A DNA stretch of 64,000 bases from a virus. Positions within the stretch are counted from its first letter, which is position 1, and every line of letters begins with the position of its first letter. A model generated the notes under the pieces. It made no database searches. It saw nothing but the letters and a program-made list of their open reading frames with translations, and was not told the origin of the DNA. The position numbers and the translations under genes are program-made. Shown in pieces: positions 29,912 through 39,048 of this stretch. The stretch is taken from the IMG/VR virus record IMGVR_UViG_3300025108_000016, one strand, 5' to 3'.

Positions 29912-30552
29912 GACTAATAACAGAAAACATCGAAGATATCCAGATTCTCACTGAGGAGCAGGATGGTAAGCAACACCTATATATCGAAGGTGTTTTCTTG
30001 CAGTCTGAAATCAAGAATCGCAACGGACGCATTTATCCTTTCTCTGTACTAGAGAAAGAAGTAGGTCGTTACAATGAAGAGTACGTAACAAAGGGACGTG
30101 CGCTTGGCGAACTTGGTCACCCTGATGGTCCTACTGTAAACCTTGATCGTGTTTCTCATAGAATCACATCATTGAAAGCAGAGGGTAAAAACTTCATGGG
30201 CAAGGCAAGAATCCTTGAGACACCCATGGGTAACATCGCCAAATCCTTGCTTGGTGAAGGAGTCAAGTTGGGTGTGTCATCTAGAGGCATGGGAAGTATT
30301 GACCGACAGGAAAGTGCTTCTTATGTTATGGATGATTTTATGCTTGCTACAGCGGCAGATATCGTTGCTGATCCTTCCGCGCCTGATGCATTTGTCAATG
30401 GCATCATGGAAGGTAAGGAGTGGGTATGGGATAATGGACTTCTTAAAGAGAAACATATTGCTGAAATGAAAGCAGAAATTGATAACTCTTCTCGTTTCGA
30501 GTTGGAAGAAAAAACCCTCCAAGCATTTAAGCGTTTAATTTCCGCGCTCTAA
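29908..30552 (+). CDS. gp21: Prohead protease gp21
   Basis: NRNGRIY, ALGELGHP, GVSSRGMGS and DIVADPSAPDA. Confidence 0.96.
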   Translation: MRLITENIEDIQILTEEQDGKQHLYIEGVFLQSEIKNRNGRIYPFSVLEKEVGRYNEEYVTKGRALGELGHPDGPTVNLDRVSHRITSLKAEGKNFMGKARILETPMGNIAKSLLGEGVKLGVSSRGMGSIDRQESASYVMDDFMLATAADIVADPSAPDAFVNGIMEGKEWVWDNGLLKEKHIAEMKAEIDNSSRFELEEKTLQAFKRLISAL

Positions 30553-30611
30553 TTTCAGAAATTCCTAAATAAACTATAGATTAAATCAACAACGAACACG
30601 GGGAAACTCAA

Positions 30612-31796
30612 ATGTCAGATATGCTTAAAGAAAAATTTGAGGAGTTTGCCAGTGAGCACGCCGCTGTCCTCGCTGAGGCGGGTCAAGACCCAATGCCTAC
30701 AGTGACTGCCGCTGTGCTCCCTGGTGATTCTGCTGCTACTGGACAATCCCAAACTGCTGTAAATGCTAAAGCAGCATCAGGCGAAAGTGCAACTGGACAT
30801 GCTGCACCAATCCAACCTGGCGTTGCCATTGGACAAGCAGCACCACAAGAAGTTAATAGTGTAACCACAACTCCTCATGAGCATGATGAGGATGGCGATG
30901 AGAATCCTGGTGCTAAGGCAGCAGCTCCTATCGGTGGTGGTATTTCTGGCGAACCCAATCGTGGCGCTAGCAACACCGATCTTCCTAATGGAACTGCTCC
31001 TTCATTCGGTGCAGAAATTGCTTACGGAACCAAGATGGGTGGCAGTGTAACCTATCCAATCAAACCTAAGTTTGAATCTGTAGACATGAGTGCAGACGTT
31101 GCTGCTCTAACTGAGGGCACCGAACTCACCGAAGATTTTGCTGCTAAAGCAAAAACAATCTTTGAAGCTGCTGTAACTTCTCGTCTTAACGAAGAGTGGG
31201 CGAAACTAGAAGAAGGTTTTGCAGCACAAGTTAACGAAGCAATTGAAGTTTCTAAAAAGGAACTCGCTGAAGAAGTTAACGGCACTATGAACTATGCGGT
31301 CACCAAGTGGCTTGAAGAAAATCAAGTCTCTGTTGATCGTGGCATCAGAAATGAGATTACTGAAGACTTCATCGTTGGTCTGAAGAATCTCTTTGAAGAG
31401 CATTATATCGCAGTACCTGACGAGAAAGTAGATGTTCTCGAAGGTCTGTCTGAAGATCTTTGTAAAATGGAAGCGCGTCTTGACGAACAGGTTAAGCGCA
31501 ATATTGAACTTCAAAATCGTCTTAATGAGTCTGCTAAGACCGTAATTGTTAGCGCAATTGCTGAAGGTCTTGCCGACACTCAGAAAGAAAAATTGGCATC
31601 TCTTGCTGATGGTGTAGAGTTTACAACCGAGGAGGAATTCTCCAAGAAACTCACCACTATCAAGGAGTCCTATTTCACTAAGGATTCTGTCATTAAGGCA
31701 GAAGTTGCTGATGAAACCCCAGTAGAAGGTAGCGCAGATGATGTTTCGCCTGCAATGGCGCAATACATTAACGCTATGAACCGCTGGAATCAGTGA
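30612..31796 (+). CDS. gp22: Prohead core scaffold gp22
   Basis: Acidic coiled coil, KAKTIFEAAV and LKNLFEEHY; lies between gp21 and gp23. Confidence 0.9.
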   Translation: MSDMLKEKFEEFASEHAAVLAEAGQDPMPTVTAAVLPGDSAATGQSQTAVNAKAASGESATGHAAPIQPGVAIGQAAPQEVNSVTTTPHEHDEDGDENPGAKAAAPIGGGISGEPNRGASNTDLPNGTAPSFGAEIAYGTKMGGSVTYPIKPKFESVDMSADVAALTEGTELTEDFAAKAKTIFEAAVTSRLNEEWAKLEEGFAAQVNEAIEVSKKELAEEVNGTMNYAVTKWLEENQVSVDRGIRNEITEDFIVGLKNLFEEHYIAVPDEKVDVLEGLSEDLCKMEARLDEQVKRNIELQNRLNESAKTVIVSAIAEGLADTQKEKLASLADGVEFTTEEEFSKKLTTIKESYFTKDSVIKAEVADETPVEGSADDVSPAMAQYINAMNRWNQ

Positions 31797-31846
31797 TTCA
31801 CTAAATAATTCTATCCACAATTCTCAATAAAAATTTCGGAGACACA

Positions 31847-33253
31847 ATGTTTAACGCAGAACATCTCCAGGAGAAGTGGTCACCTGTTCTCAACAACGAA
31901 GCAGCAAGTCCTATTGCTGATCGTTACAAGAAAGCAGTGACCTCGGTCCTTCTGGAAAATCAAGAACGCTTCCTACGCGAAGAGCGTGGAATGCTTAACG
32001 AAGTAGCAGTCAACAGCCTTGGTGCTAGTACTGTTTCTCCTGCTGGATCCGCTCTCGGATCTGCTAACACGGGTGGTCTTGCAGGTTTCGATCCTGTACT
32101 GATCAGTCTTGTTCGCCGCGCAATGCCTAACTTGATGGCATATGACGTTTGTGGCGTTCAACCCATGAGCGGTCCTACTGGACTTATCTTCGCAATGCGT
32201 TCACGCTACGAGAACCAAGGCGGCGAAGAAGCATTGTTCAACGAGCCTGATGCAGGATTCACTGCAGGTCTCGATGCAACTACTGGTGCTTACACCCCTA
32301 GAACTGGCGCTGGCGTTGGTGGCGATGCAGAAGGTAACAACCCTGCACTGCTTAACGATTCCTCACCTGGCACCTACGAGGTTCCCCAAGGATTCTCTCG
32401 CGAGAACCTAGAGCAAGCTGGCGATGCTGGCAAACTCTTCCGCGAGATGTCATTCAGCATTGAGAAGACTTCTGTGACTGCAAAGTCCAGAGCACTCAAA
32501 GCAGAATACACCTTGGAACTGGCACAAGACCTTAAGGCAATTCATGGTCTTGATGCTGAGCAGGAACTTGCTAACATCTTGTCTAGCGAAGTCCTTGCAG
32601 AAATCAACCGCGAAGTCGTCCGTCGCGTATACAGCGTTGCTAAGCCTGGTGCTGCAAACAACGTTGCTAACGCTGGTATCTTTGACCTCGACGTTGACAG
32701 CAATGGTCGTTGGTCCGTTGAGAAGTTCAAAGGACTTCTGTTCCAAATCGAGCGCGATTGCAATGCGATTGCACAAGACACTCGTCGTGGCAAAGGCAAC
32801 TTCCTCATCTGTTCTGCAGACGTTGCAAGTGCTTTGGCAATGGCAGGCGTTCTTGACTACAGCAGCGGTCTAACTGGCGCTGGCGGTCCTGCAATCGGTA
32901 CCGTAGATGACACTGGCAACCTTAGCGTTGGTACGATCAATGGTCGCATCAAGGTTTACGTTGATCCTTATGCTGCTAACCTTAGCGATAAGCACTACTA
33001 CGTAGTTGGTTATAAGGGCACTTCCCCTTATGACGCAGGACTATTCTACTGCCCCTACGTTCCCCTCCAAATGGTTCGTTCCATCGACCCTAACAACTTC
33101 CAACCAAAAATTGGTTTCAAGACTCGTTACGGCATGGTTTCCAACCCATTCGTCACCACCAACGGCGCTTACAACGGCACCCCTGATGGCGAAACGCTTT
33201 CTGCGAACGCTAACATGTACTACAGACGTGTACAAGTTACCAACCTTATGTGA
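31847..33253 (+). CDS. gp23: Major capsid protein gp23
   Basis: GVQPMSGPTGLIFAMR, SRALKAEYT.ELAQDLKAIHGLDAE and FQPKIGFKTRYG. Confidence 0.99.
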   Translation: MFNAEHLQEKWSPVLNNEAASPIADRYKKAVTSVLLENQERFLREERGMLNEVAVNSLGASTVSPAGSALGSANTGGLAGFDPVLISLVRRAMPNLMAYDVCGVQPMSGPTGLIFAMRSRYENQGGEEALFNEPDAGFTAGLDATTGAYTPRTGAGVGGDAEGNNPALLNDSSPGTYEVPQGFSRENLEQAGDAGKLFREMSFSIEKTSVTAKSRALKAEYTLELAQDLKAIHGLDAEQELANILSSEVLAEINREVVRRVYSVAKPGAANNVANAGIFDLDVDSNGRWSVEKFKGLLFQIERDCNAIAQDTRRGKGNFLICSADVASALAMAGVLDYSSGLTGAGGPAIGTVDDTGNLSVGTINGRIKVYVDPYAANLSDKHYYVVGYKGTSPYDAGLFYCPYVPLQMVRSIDPNNFQPKIGFKTRYGMVSNPFVTTNGAYNGTPDGETLSANANMYYRRVQVTNLM

Positions 33254-33274
33254 TCCATCACTTCAGGTTTCTTC

Positions 33275-33302
33275 AGACCTCCCGAAAGGGGGGTCTTTTT
33301 TT
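33275..33302 (+). terminator. Intrinsic terminator after gp23
   Basis: AGACCTCCC-GAAA-GGGGGGTCT followed by a T tract. Confidence 0.85.
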
Positions 33303-33318
33303 ATCTTTACAATTATTG

Positions 33319-33334
33319 TGTAGTAATATATACA
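33319..33334. promoter_or_regulatory. Candidate NtcA box (TGTA-N8-TACA)
   Basis: TGTAGTAATATATACA matches the cyanobacterial NtcA consensus GTA-N8-TAC. Confidence 0.45.
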
Positions 33335-33423
33335 GAAAATAATAATTGTTATCTGTTGATACACTTTAACTAAATGTTTTAGTTTCCTGACATAATTAGT
33401 TAAAGAATTATGCGAGGTGCCTT

Positions 33424-33597
33424 ATGCACAATCTTTTGTCAAGAGCTCAGTTAGATGAGTGGCGACATTTTGAAGATACTATTAACCAAGCAACCTCGGA
33501 GCAAGAAAAACTTAATGATTATTATGAATGTTTGATAGAATGCGATTCATTAAAGCAATCAGAATGTAAAAAAATCTGTAGGAGAATGTTTATGTGA
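33424..33597 (+). CDS. Small twin-CX3C protein (57 aa)
   Basis: Manually translated MHNLLSRAQLDEW…DYYECLIECDSLKQSECKKICRRMFM; GAGGTG RBS. Confidence 0.65.
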   Translation: MHNLLSRAQLDEWRHFEDTINQATSEQEKLNDYYECLIECDSLKQSECKKICRRMFM

Positions 33598-33622
33598 TAG
33601 CATCCACACATAAAGTGTTACT

Positions 33623-33647
33623 AGGAATCCTAAGGGGTTCCTTTTTT
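33623..33647 (+). terminator. Intrinsic terminator
   Basis: AGGAATCC-TAAG-GGGTTCCT followed by a T tract. Confidence 0.7.
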
Positions 33648-33676
33648 ATTAAATATGTGTATGATGGAGTATTAAA

Positions 33677-33847
33677 GTGCCTAGAGGACGTATGCATAAA
33701 CATGAAATGCTAGCAAGAGTTTATAAATTGAAGACTGCACTATACGATGAGACAAATACATTTGATTGTTCCTCAGAAGAAAAGAAAGAAGGAGCACATA
33801 ATGCTCTCAACCAAGTCCTAGACATCCTACAGGAGTTCCGAGAGTGA
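33677..33847 (+). CDS. Small hypothetical protein (56 aa, MPRGRMHK…)
   Basis: GTG start with GGAG RBS; manual translation. Confidence 0.55.
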   Translation: MPRGRMHKHEMLARVYKLKTALYDETNTFDCSSEEKKEGAHNALNQVLDILQEFRE

Positions 33848-33984
33848 AAGACCTAGACTTTATTGATGATGTTCTAGAAGACGATATAGAGGGTCTGAGA
33901 GCACGTATAGCGAAGGCAAAAAATGAAGTGTTAATGGAAGAACCCTGTCCATTTTACGAAATTGAGGATTGGACCTACGACTAA
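33844..33984 (+). CDS. Small acidic hypothetical protein (46 aa)
   Basis: GTGA overlap with the upstream stop; AGGAG RBS. Confidence 0.5.
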   Translation: MKDLDFIDDVLEDDIEGLRARIAKAKNEVLMEEPCPFYEIEDWTYD

Positions 33985-34012
33985 ATAGTAGTGCTTGGGA
34001 TGCTGACATACA

Positions 34013-34504
34013 ATGCCTGCTAATTGGTATAAAGAACAACCGAAAAATAGAAACTATCTATCTCCTTTAGGTTTCCAACTTAAGTTGGAACTTTTTGAGG
34101 GGGTAGATTTTTTCTGCCAAAGCGCAGGCATCCCTGAGATTAACATGCCTTTCACAGAGGTTCCTACCCGCTTTAGAAACTTCCCTGTCACTCCTGGTGG
34201 TGGAGTTACCTATGGTGATCTACTTGTTCAATTTATAGTTGATGAAGATCTTGTAAACTACAAGAGTATACATGAATGGATTAAAAAGAATGGAGGATCT
34301 GAGGAGCACAGCAGTGATGAGATAGAATTTTCTCAGGGTCAATTGCACATCACCACTTCACATTTTAATATAAATCACATTGTTGATTTTAATCGTTTGT
34401 TCCCAATCAGTTTGACGGGTCTCACGATGGACGCTACACAAACTGACACACAATACTTCACAGCACAAGTCGCTTTCAAGTATACTGATTTTATAATCCG
34501 TTAA
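34013..34504 (+). CDS. gp3: Tail tube terminator / tail completion gp3
   Basis: FFCQSAGIP and FIVDEDLVNY..IHEW; late promoter CTAAATA at 33981. Confidence 0.88.
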   Translation: MPANWYKEQPKNRNYLSPLGFQLKLELFEGVDFFCQSAGIPEINMPFTEVPTRFRNFPVTPGGGVTYGDLLVQFIVDEDLVNYKSIHEWIKKNGGSEEHSSDEIEFSQGQLHITTSHFNINHIVDFNRLFPISLTGLTMDATQTDTQYFTAQVAFKYTDFIIR

Positions 34505-34515
34505 GGATCTAATGT

Positions 34516-34989
34516 ATGAATTTTGACAAACTACATCATCTCTTTGAAAAAATTAAATCTGACTGGAAGACTGATAGTTACGTAGAACATGAGTTCCGCA
34601 ACAAATCATACTCAGCAGACCTAGGAAAAATCTCATTAGAGATCCCTTTCTTACATAATAAATACTTAAACCATTACACAGATCTTTCACAGGTAAAGAC
34701 TAGTCTAGAATTTGAATTAAGAAAAATCATAAAAGAAAAACGAGAGTATTACGGCGGTGAAGCAGATGCTAAAACGTATGCCGAAAAACCTTTTGGGTCT
34801 AGTATTAAAACAAGTGAAAAGATGAGAGTCTATCTTGATGCTGATGAGGAAGTCATCAACATTGAAGCAAAGGTTAAGTACATTGAGATGATGTTAAATT
34901 ATCTTGATCATGTGCTAAAGCAAATTTCTGCTCGCAACTACCATGTGAAAAACGCGATTGAATGGGAAAGATTTATTAATGGAACCTAA
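34516..34989 (+). CDS. uvsY: Recombination mediator UvsY
   Basis: IP.LHNKY, EYYGG and IKNAIEW-like C-terminus (VKNAIEW). Confidence 0.85.
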   Translation: MNFDKLHHLFEKIKSDWKTDSYVEHEFRNKSYSADLGKISLEIPFLHNKYLNHYTDLSQVKTSLEFELRKIIKEKREYYGGEADAKTYAEKPFGSSIKTSEKMRVYLDADEEVINIEAKVKYIEMMLNYLDHVLKQISARNYHVKNAIEWERFINGT

Positions 34990-36455
34990 TGTCCGACATT
35001 GTTATTAAAAAGAAGAATGAGGTTTATCTGACTCTTCAATCAGAACCTCACATTCATCATGAACTATCAGATTATTTTTCTTTTGAACTACCTGAAGCAA
35101 AGTTTCTGAAGAGACAACCTAGGTTCAAATACTGGGATGGAATGATTCGTCTGTACTCTCCAGGTACAGGCGAGTTGTATACTGGGTTGTTAAATCACCT
35201 CAAGCTTTGGGCAAACGAAAGACGTTACACAATTGAGTATGAAGAAAATGAATGGTATGGAGACGCAGAGGAGTCTAATGACTTTGTATCCCCTGGTGGC
35301 GTAAAAGTTTTTATGGATAAGATCTCTAAGTATGAACCTAGAGACTATCAATATGGCACAGTTTATCAAGCACTTAAAAACAATAGAGGATTATTTGTAT
35401 CCCCCACAGGATCTGGCAAGTCATTGATGATCTATAGTATCGTTAGATACTATGTTGCTACAAAGAAAAAAATACTATTGATTGTTCCTACTACATCTCT
35501 AGTAGAACAGATGGTAAAAGACTTTAAAGACTATGGATGGAATGCAGAGGAATATTGCCACACCATTTATTCAGGCAAAGATAAGAATACTGATAAACCA
35601 GTTGTCATATCTACCTGGCAATCAATCTATAAATTTCCCAAAAGATACTTCGATGACATTGACTGTGTTATCGGTGATGAAGCACATCTATTTAAGTCAA
35701 AGAGTCTGACAGGCATCATGACCAAGCTACACAACGCTAAGTACCGCTTTGGGTTCACAGGTACACTAGATGGTAGCAAGACTCATAAGTGGGTATTAGA
35801 GGGTCTCTTTGGTTCTTGTGAGAAAGTTACTAAGACTGATGATCTAATCAAGAAAGGATATCTATCTAACTTACGTATCAAAATTCTTATGTGTAAGCAT
35901 GAGTATCAATACTTTGAGGACTACCATGCAGAGATGGAGTATCTTGTTACATGTAAAAAAAGAAACAACCTCATCAAGAATCTAGTTAAAGATATAGATG
36001 GCAATACATTGGTTCTATTCAACTATGTCGAGAAACATGGTGAACCATTGTATGAGATGATAAATAATGTGGTAGCGGACGATAGAAAAGTATTCTTCGT
36101 CCATGGTTCAGTTGACGTTGACTCAAGAGAAGAAGTGCGTCAGATTGCTGAAACAGAAAACAACGCAGTGATTATTGCTTCTTACGGAACTTTCTCCACA
36201 GGCATTAACATTAAACGTTTACACAATATTATCTTCGCATCACCTTCTAAATCTAGAGTTCGTAATCTACAATCAATTGGTAGAGTCTTGAGGAAGGGAG
36301 AAGGAAAAACCATAGCAACACTTTATGATATTGCTGATGACATCTCTAACGAAACAAGATCTAATTACACTTTAAGACATCTATACGAAAGAGTGAAGAT
36401 CTATCAAGAAGAGAATTTCAAATATGAAAAAGTAAAAATAGATCTAAGAAAATAA
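34989..36455 (+). CDS. uvsW: DNA helicase UvsW
   Basis: WDG.IRL, SPTGSGKS, DEAH and QSIGRVLR. Confidence 0.95.
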   Translation: MSDIVIKKKNEVYLTLQSEPHIHHELSDYFSFELPEAKFLKRQPRFKYWDGMIRLYSPGTGELYTGLLNHLKLWANERRYTIEYEENEWYGDAEESNDFVSPGGVKVFMDKISKYEPRDYQYGTVYQALKNNRGLFVSPTGSGKSLMIYSIVRYYVATKKKILLIVPTTSLVEQMVKDFKDYGWNAEEYCHTIYSGKDKNTDKPVVISTWQSIYKFPKRYFDDIDCVIGDEAHLFKSKSLTGIMTKLHNAKYRFGFTGTLDGSKTHKWVLEGLFGSCEKVTKTDDLIKKGYLSNLRIKILMCKHEYQYFEDYHAEMEYLVTCKKRNNLIKNLVKDIDGNTLVLFNYVEKHGEPLYEMINNVVADDRKVFFVHGSVDVDSREEVRQIAETENNAVIIASYGTFSTGINIKRLHNIIFASPSKSRVRNLQSIGRVLRKGEGKTIATLYDIADDISNETRSNYTLRHLYERVKIYQEENFKYEKVKIDLRK

Positions 36456-36456
36456 T

Positions 36457-36846
36457 ATGGAAGAAGAATTCTATTCAACTATAAAATTATCTACTGGTGA
36501 AGAACTTATTGCAAAGGTATGTTATTTACCTGAAGAAGATTCTTTACTAGTAGAAAATCCAATGATAGTTGAAACTCATACTTCAAAAAAGAATGGTAAA
36601 CGTGTAGAAGGATTTGTCTTAAAGGAATGGTTACATTCATCTTATGATGACATGTTTGTATTAAAGATGAATCAAATAGTTACTATGAGTGAATTGGATG
36701 AAAGAATCAAAAAATTCTATCTAGGTAATCTAGAAGATGATAAAGGTGAAGTTAGTGTAGAACCTAATAAACTTAAAAACAATGGTTACGTAGGTTCAGT
36801 AGAGGAAGTCAAGAAGAATCTTGAATCTCTATTCAAGAGAAGCTAA
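36457..36846 (+). CDS. Conserved hypothetical protein (Sm-like KL.TGEE..A fold)
   Basis: IKLSTGEELIA…ENPM motif. Confidence 0.65.
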   Translation: MEEEFYSTIKLSTGEELIAKVCYLPEEDSLLVENPMIVETHTSKKNGKRVEGFVLKEWLHSSYDDMFVLKMNQIVTMSELDERIKKFYLGNLEDDKGEVSVEPNKLKNNGYVGSVEEVKKNLESLFKRS

Positions 36847-36916
36847 TAGATACAGTTATCTTTTGAACCCTTAACAGAGTCATCCTACTGAGGTTCTGAG
36901 GATTTGTCAAGCCCCC

Positions 36917-36945
36917 TTGACAGATTGTTTGCAATCACCTATAAT
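36917..36945 (+). promoter_or_regulatory. Sigma70-type promoter for gp55
   Basis: Perfect TTGACA-N17-TATAAT. Confidence 0.85.
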
Positions 36946-36969
36946 AGATGCAAGGAAACAAGTAAAAGC

Positions 36970-37464
36970 ATGACCAGAACTAAGAACAAAGAATACTACG
37001 TCAACAACAAAGAGTTTCTGGCTGCTATCACTGAGTACCGTAGACTGGTACATAAAGCACTAGAGGATGGTAAAGACCGACCGCGTGTTACCAACTACAT
37101 TGGAGAGTGCTTTCTTAAGATCGCTACACACCTCTCGTACAAACCAAATTTTGTTAACTACATGTTTCGTGAGGACATGATCTGCGATGGTATCGAGAAC
37201 TGCCTACAGTACATCGATAACTTCGACCCAGAGAAGAGTTCTAATCCTTTTGCATACTTCACCCAGATTATCTACTACGCCTTCCTGAGACGCATACAGA
37301 AGGAGAAGAAGCAACTGGAGATTAAGCAGCGTGTTCTTGAGAAGTCAGGTTATCAGGAAGTCATGTATACCGAACGCTATGAGGGTGATATGGCAGGTAT
37401 GAACGCATCGTATTCTGACATGGGTAGCATCAAAGAAAATATTGAAACAAGAATGAATCGATGA
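36970..37464 (+). CDS. gp55: Late-transcription sigma factor gp55
   Basis: YVNNKEF, YIGECFLKIA and NPFAYFTQI..AFLRRI; start placed downstream of the promoter. Confidence 0.95.
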   Translation: MTRTKNKEYYVNNKEFLAAITEYRRLVHKALEDGKDRPRVTNYIGECFLKIATHLSYKPNFVNYMFREDMICDGIENCLQYIDNFDPEKSSNPFAYFTQIIYYAFLRRIQKEKKQLEIKQRVLEKSGYQEVMYTERYEGDMAGMNASYSDMGSIKENIETRMNR

Positions 37465-37739
37465 AATCTACATTAGCAACTAGTCTAGGTCCTAATCCTA
37501 CAATTGAAAAAAATATTCCTGATGATCAAGTCTGGATTGATGACGTTTTCTATGTCAAGAAAACTATGTTTGGTCTTTACACTAGTGTATTGAAAAATCC
37601 TCTTGGTGCTAATTTTATTACTGGTGCTACTGAGGAAGGAGTTATTAAGATGACTAGATGGCATCTTAAGTGTCTGCAAGATGGCACACTTGATGATTAT
37701 ACGTATGTTACTTCTGTTGCTATGGGTGTCAAACTTTGA
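37461..37739 (+). CDS. Hypothetical protein
   Basis: 92-aa ORF overlapping both neighbours by 4 nt. Confidence 0.65.
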   Translation: MKSTLATSLGPNPTIEKNIPDDQVWIDDVFYVKKTMFGLYTSVLKNPLGANFITGATEEGVIKMTRWHLKCLQDGTLDDYTYVTSVAMGVKL

Positions 37740-38779
37740 AAATTGCATTAATTACTGACCAGCATCTAGACGGACGCAAGGGTTCTTTGGCATTCTGGAC
37801 TTACTTTCAGAAGTTCTATGACGATGTATTTTTTCCAACGCTTGAGAAAGAGGGTATCACCACGATCATTGATCTTGGCGACACATTTGATAACAGAAAG
37901 TCTATGGATTATAATGTATGTAATCGAGTTACGACTAATTATTTCGATAGACTAAAGAACTATAAAGTACACATGTTGCTTGGCAATCATTGTGTTTACT
38001 ATAAAAATACAAACAAAATTAACTCACCTGAGTTGCTGCTCAAGCAATACGATAACATTACCATCTATTCTGAACCCAAGCATCTAAAACTTGGCAGTAA
38101 GAAATTCTTGATGCTTCCTTGGATTAATAAAGAAAATCAAGATAAAGTCTTTAAACTTCTAAAAACTAGTGAGGCAGACGTATGTTGTGGTCACCTAGAA
38201 CTCTCTGGATTTGAGATGAATGCAGGTATGGTGATGGATCATGGTATGGACCACAAATTGTTTCATCGTTTTAAACGTGTTTGGTCTGGACACTATCACC
38301 ACCAATCAAAAAAAGGTAACGTTCAGTACCTTGGCAACCCTTATCAGATGTTCTGGAATGATTATAAAGACTCTCGCGGTTTCCATATCTACGATACTGA
38401 AAGTGATAAACTTAAGTTTGTCGCGAATCCCTATGAGATCTTTGACAAAATCTTCTATGACGACACCAGTGTGGACTACAACAAACAAGATGTGTCATGT
38501 TATAAAGACAAGTACATCAAAATCATTGTTGAACAAAAAACAGATTACCACATGTTCGAGACATTGGTTGATCGTCTTTACAACGTAGGAGTTCATGATG
38601 TAAAGATTGCTGAGACACTTCTAGAAGATGATCTAAATGATTCTGATGCAGACGTTGAGGTGAAAGATACCATGACATTGCTGAGTGAGTATATTGATGA
38701 AGTAGAAATGTCCGTAAACAAAAATGATTTAAAAAATCTTATGAAATCTCTATATATTGAAAGTTGCGAAATCGCCTAA
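37736..38779 (+). CDS. gp47: Recombination endonuclease subunit gp47 (Mre11/SbcD-like)
   Basis: TDQH, LGDTFD, GNH, GHLE and SGHYH metallophosphoesterase motifs. Confidence 0.95.
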   Translation: MKIALITDQHLDGRKGSLAFWTYFQKFYDDVFFPTLEKEGITTIIDLGDTFDNRKSMDYNVCNRVTTNYFDRLKNYKVHMLLGNHCVYYKNTNKINSPELLLKQYDNITIYSEPKHLKLGSKKFLMLPWINKENQDKVFKLLKTSEADVCCGHLELSGFEMNAGMVMDHGMDHKLFHRFKRVWSGHYHHQSKKGNVQYLGNPYQMFWNDYKDSRGFHIYDTESDKLKFVANPYEIFDKIFYDDTSVDYNKQDVSCYKDKYIKIIVEQKTDYHMFETLVDRLYNVGVHDVKIAETLLEDDLNDSDADVEVKDTMTLLSEYIDEVEMSVNKNDLKNLMKSLYIESCEIA

Positions 38780-39048
38780 TGTTTATCTTAACTCTGGAGG
38801 GCAAAGAGACTGGAGTATTTTCTCTTCTGAATGATGTAGGTGAACAGGTGATTCCTTTGTTTATAGAGTTTGATGATGCAAACAGGTACAACATTATGAT
38901 GCATGACCTGACTGAAAAGAAAATACCACTGAGCATTACCGAGGTTGACAAGGAAATTATTGTGAACGCATGTGTTGAAAGAGATCAAAAGTATGCTATA
39001 ATAACCCCTGATGACCTATTGATTCCTCCTGAAGACGTTCTTGCATGA
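38779..39048 (+). CDS. Hypothetical protein
   Basis: Coupled between gp47 and gp46; C-terminal IITPDDLLIPP. Confidence 0.65.
   Translation: MFILTLEGKETGVFSLLNDVGEQVIPLFIEFDDANRYNIMMHDLTEKKIPLSITEVDKEIIVNACVERDQKYAIITPDDLLIPPEDVLA

Noticed and set aside
31206-31820. Long minus-strand ORFs (also 78-587, 50449-51000, 60204-60731 and others)
   Set aside because: Antisense shadows of well-supported + strand genes, with no recognisable motifs
33254-34012. Possible tRNA or other RNA genes in the apparent gap after gp23
   Set aside because: No cloverleaf or T-arm motif; the gap is explained by three small ORFs and terminators
36904-36969. N-terminal extension of gp55 in the ORF track (TTG start at 36904)
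   Set aside because: It overlaps the perfect sigma70 promoter, so ATG 36970 is the plausible start
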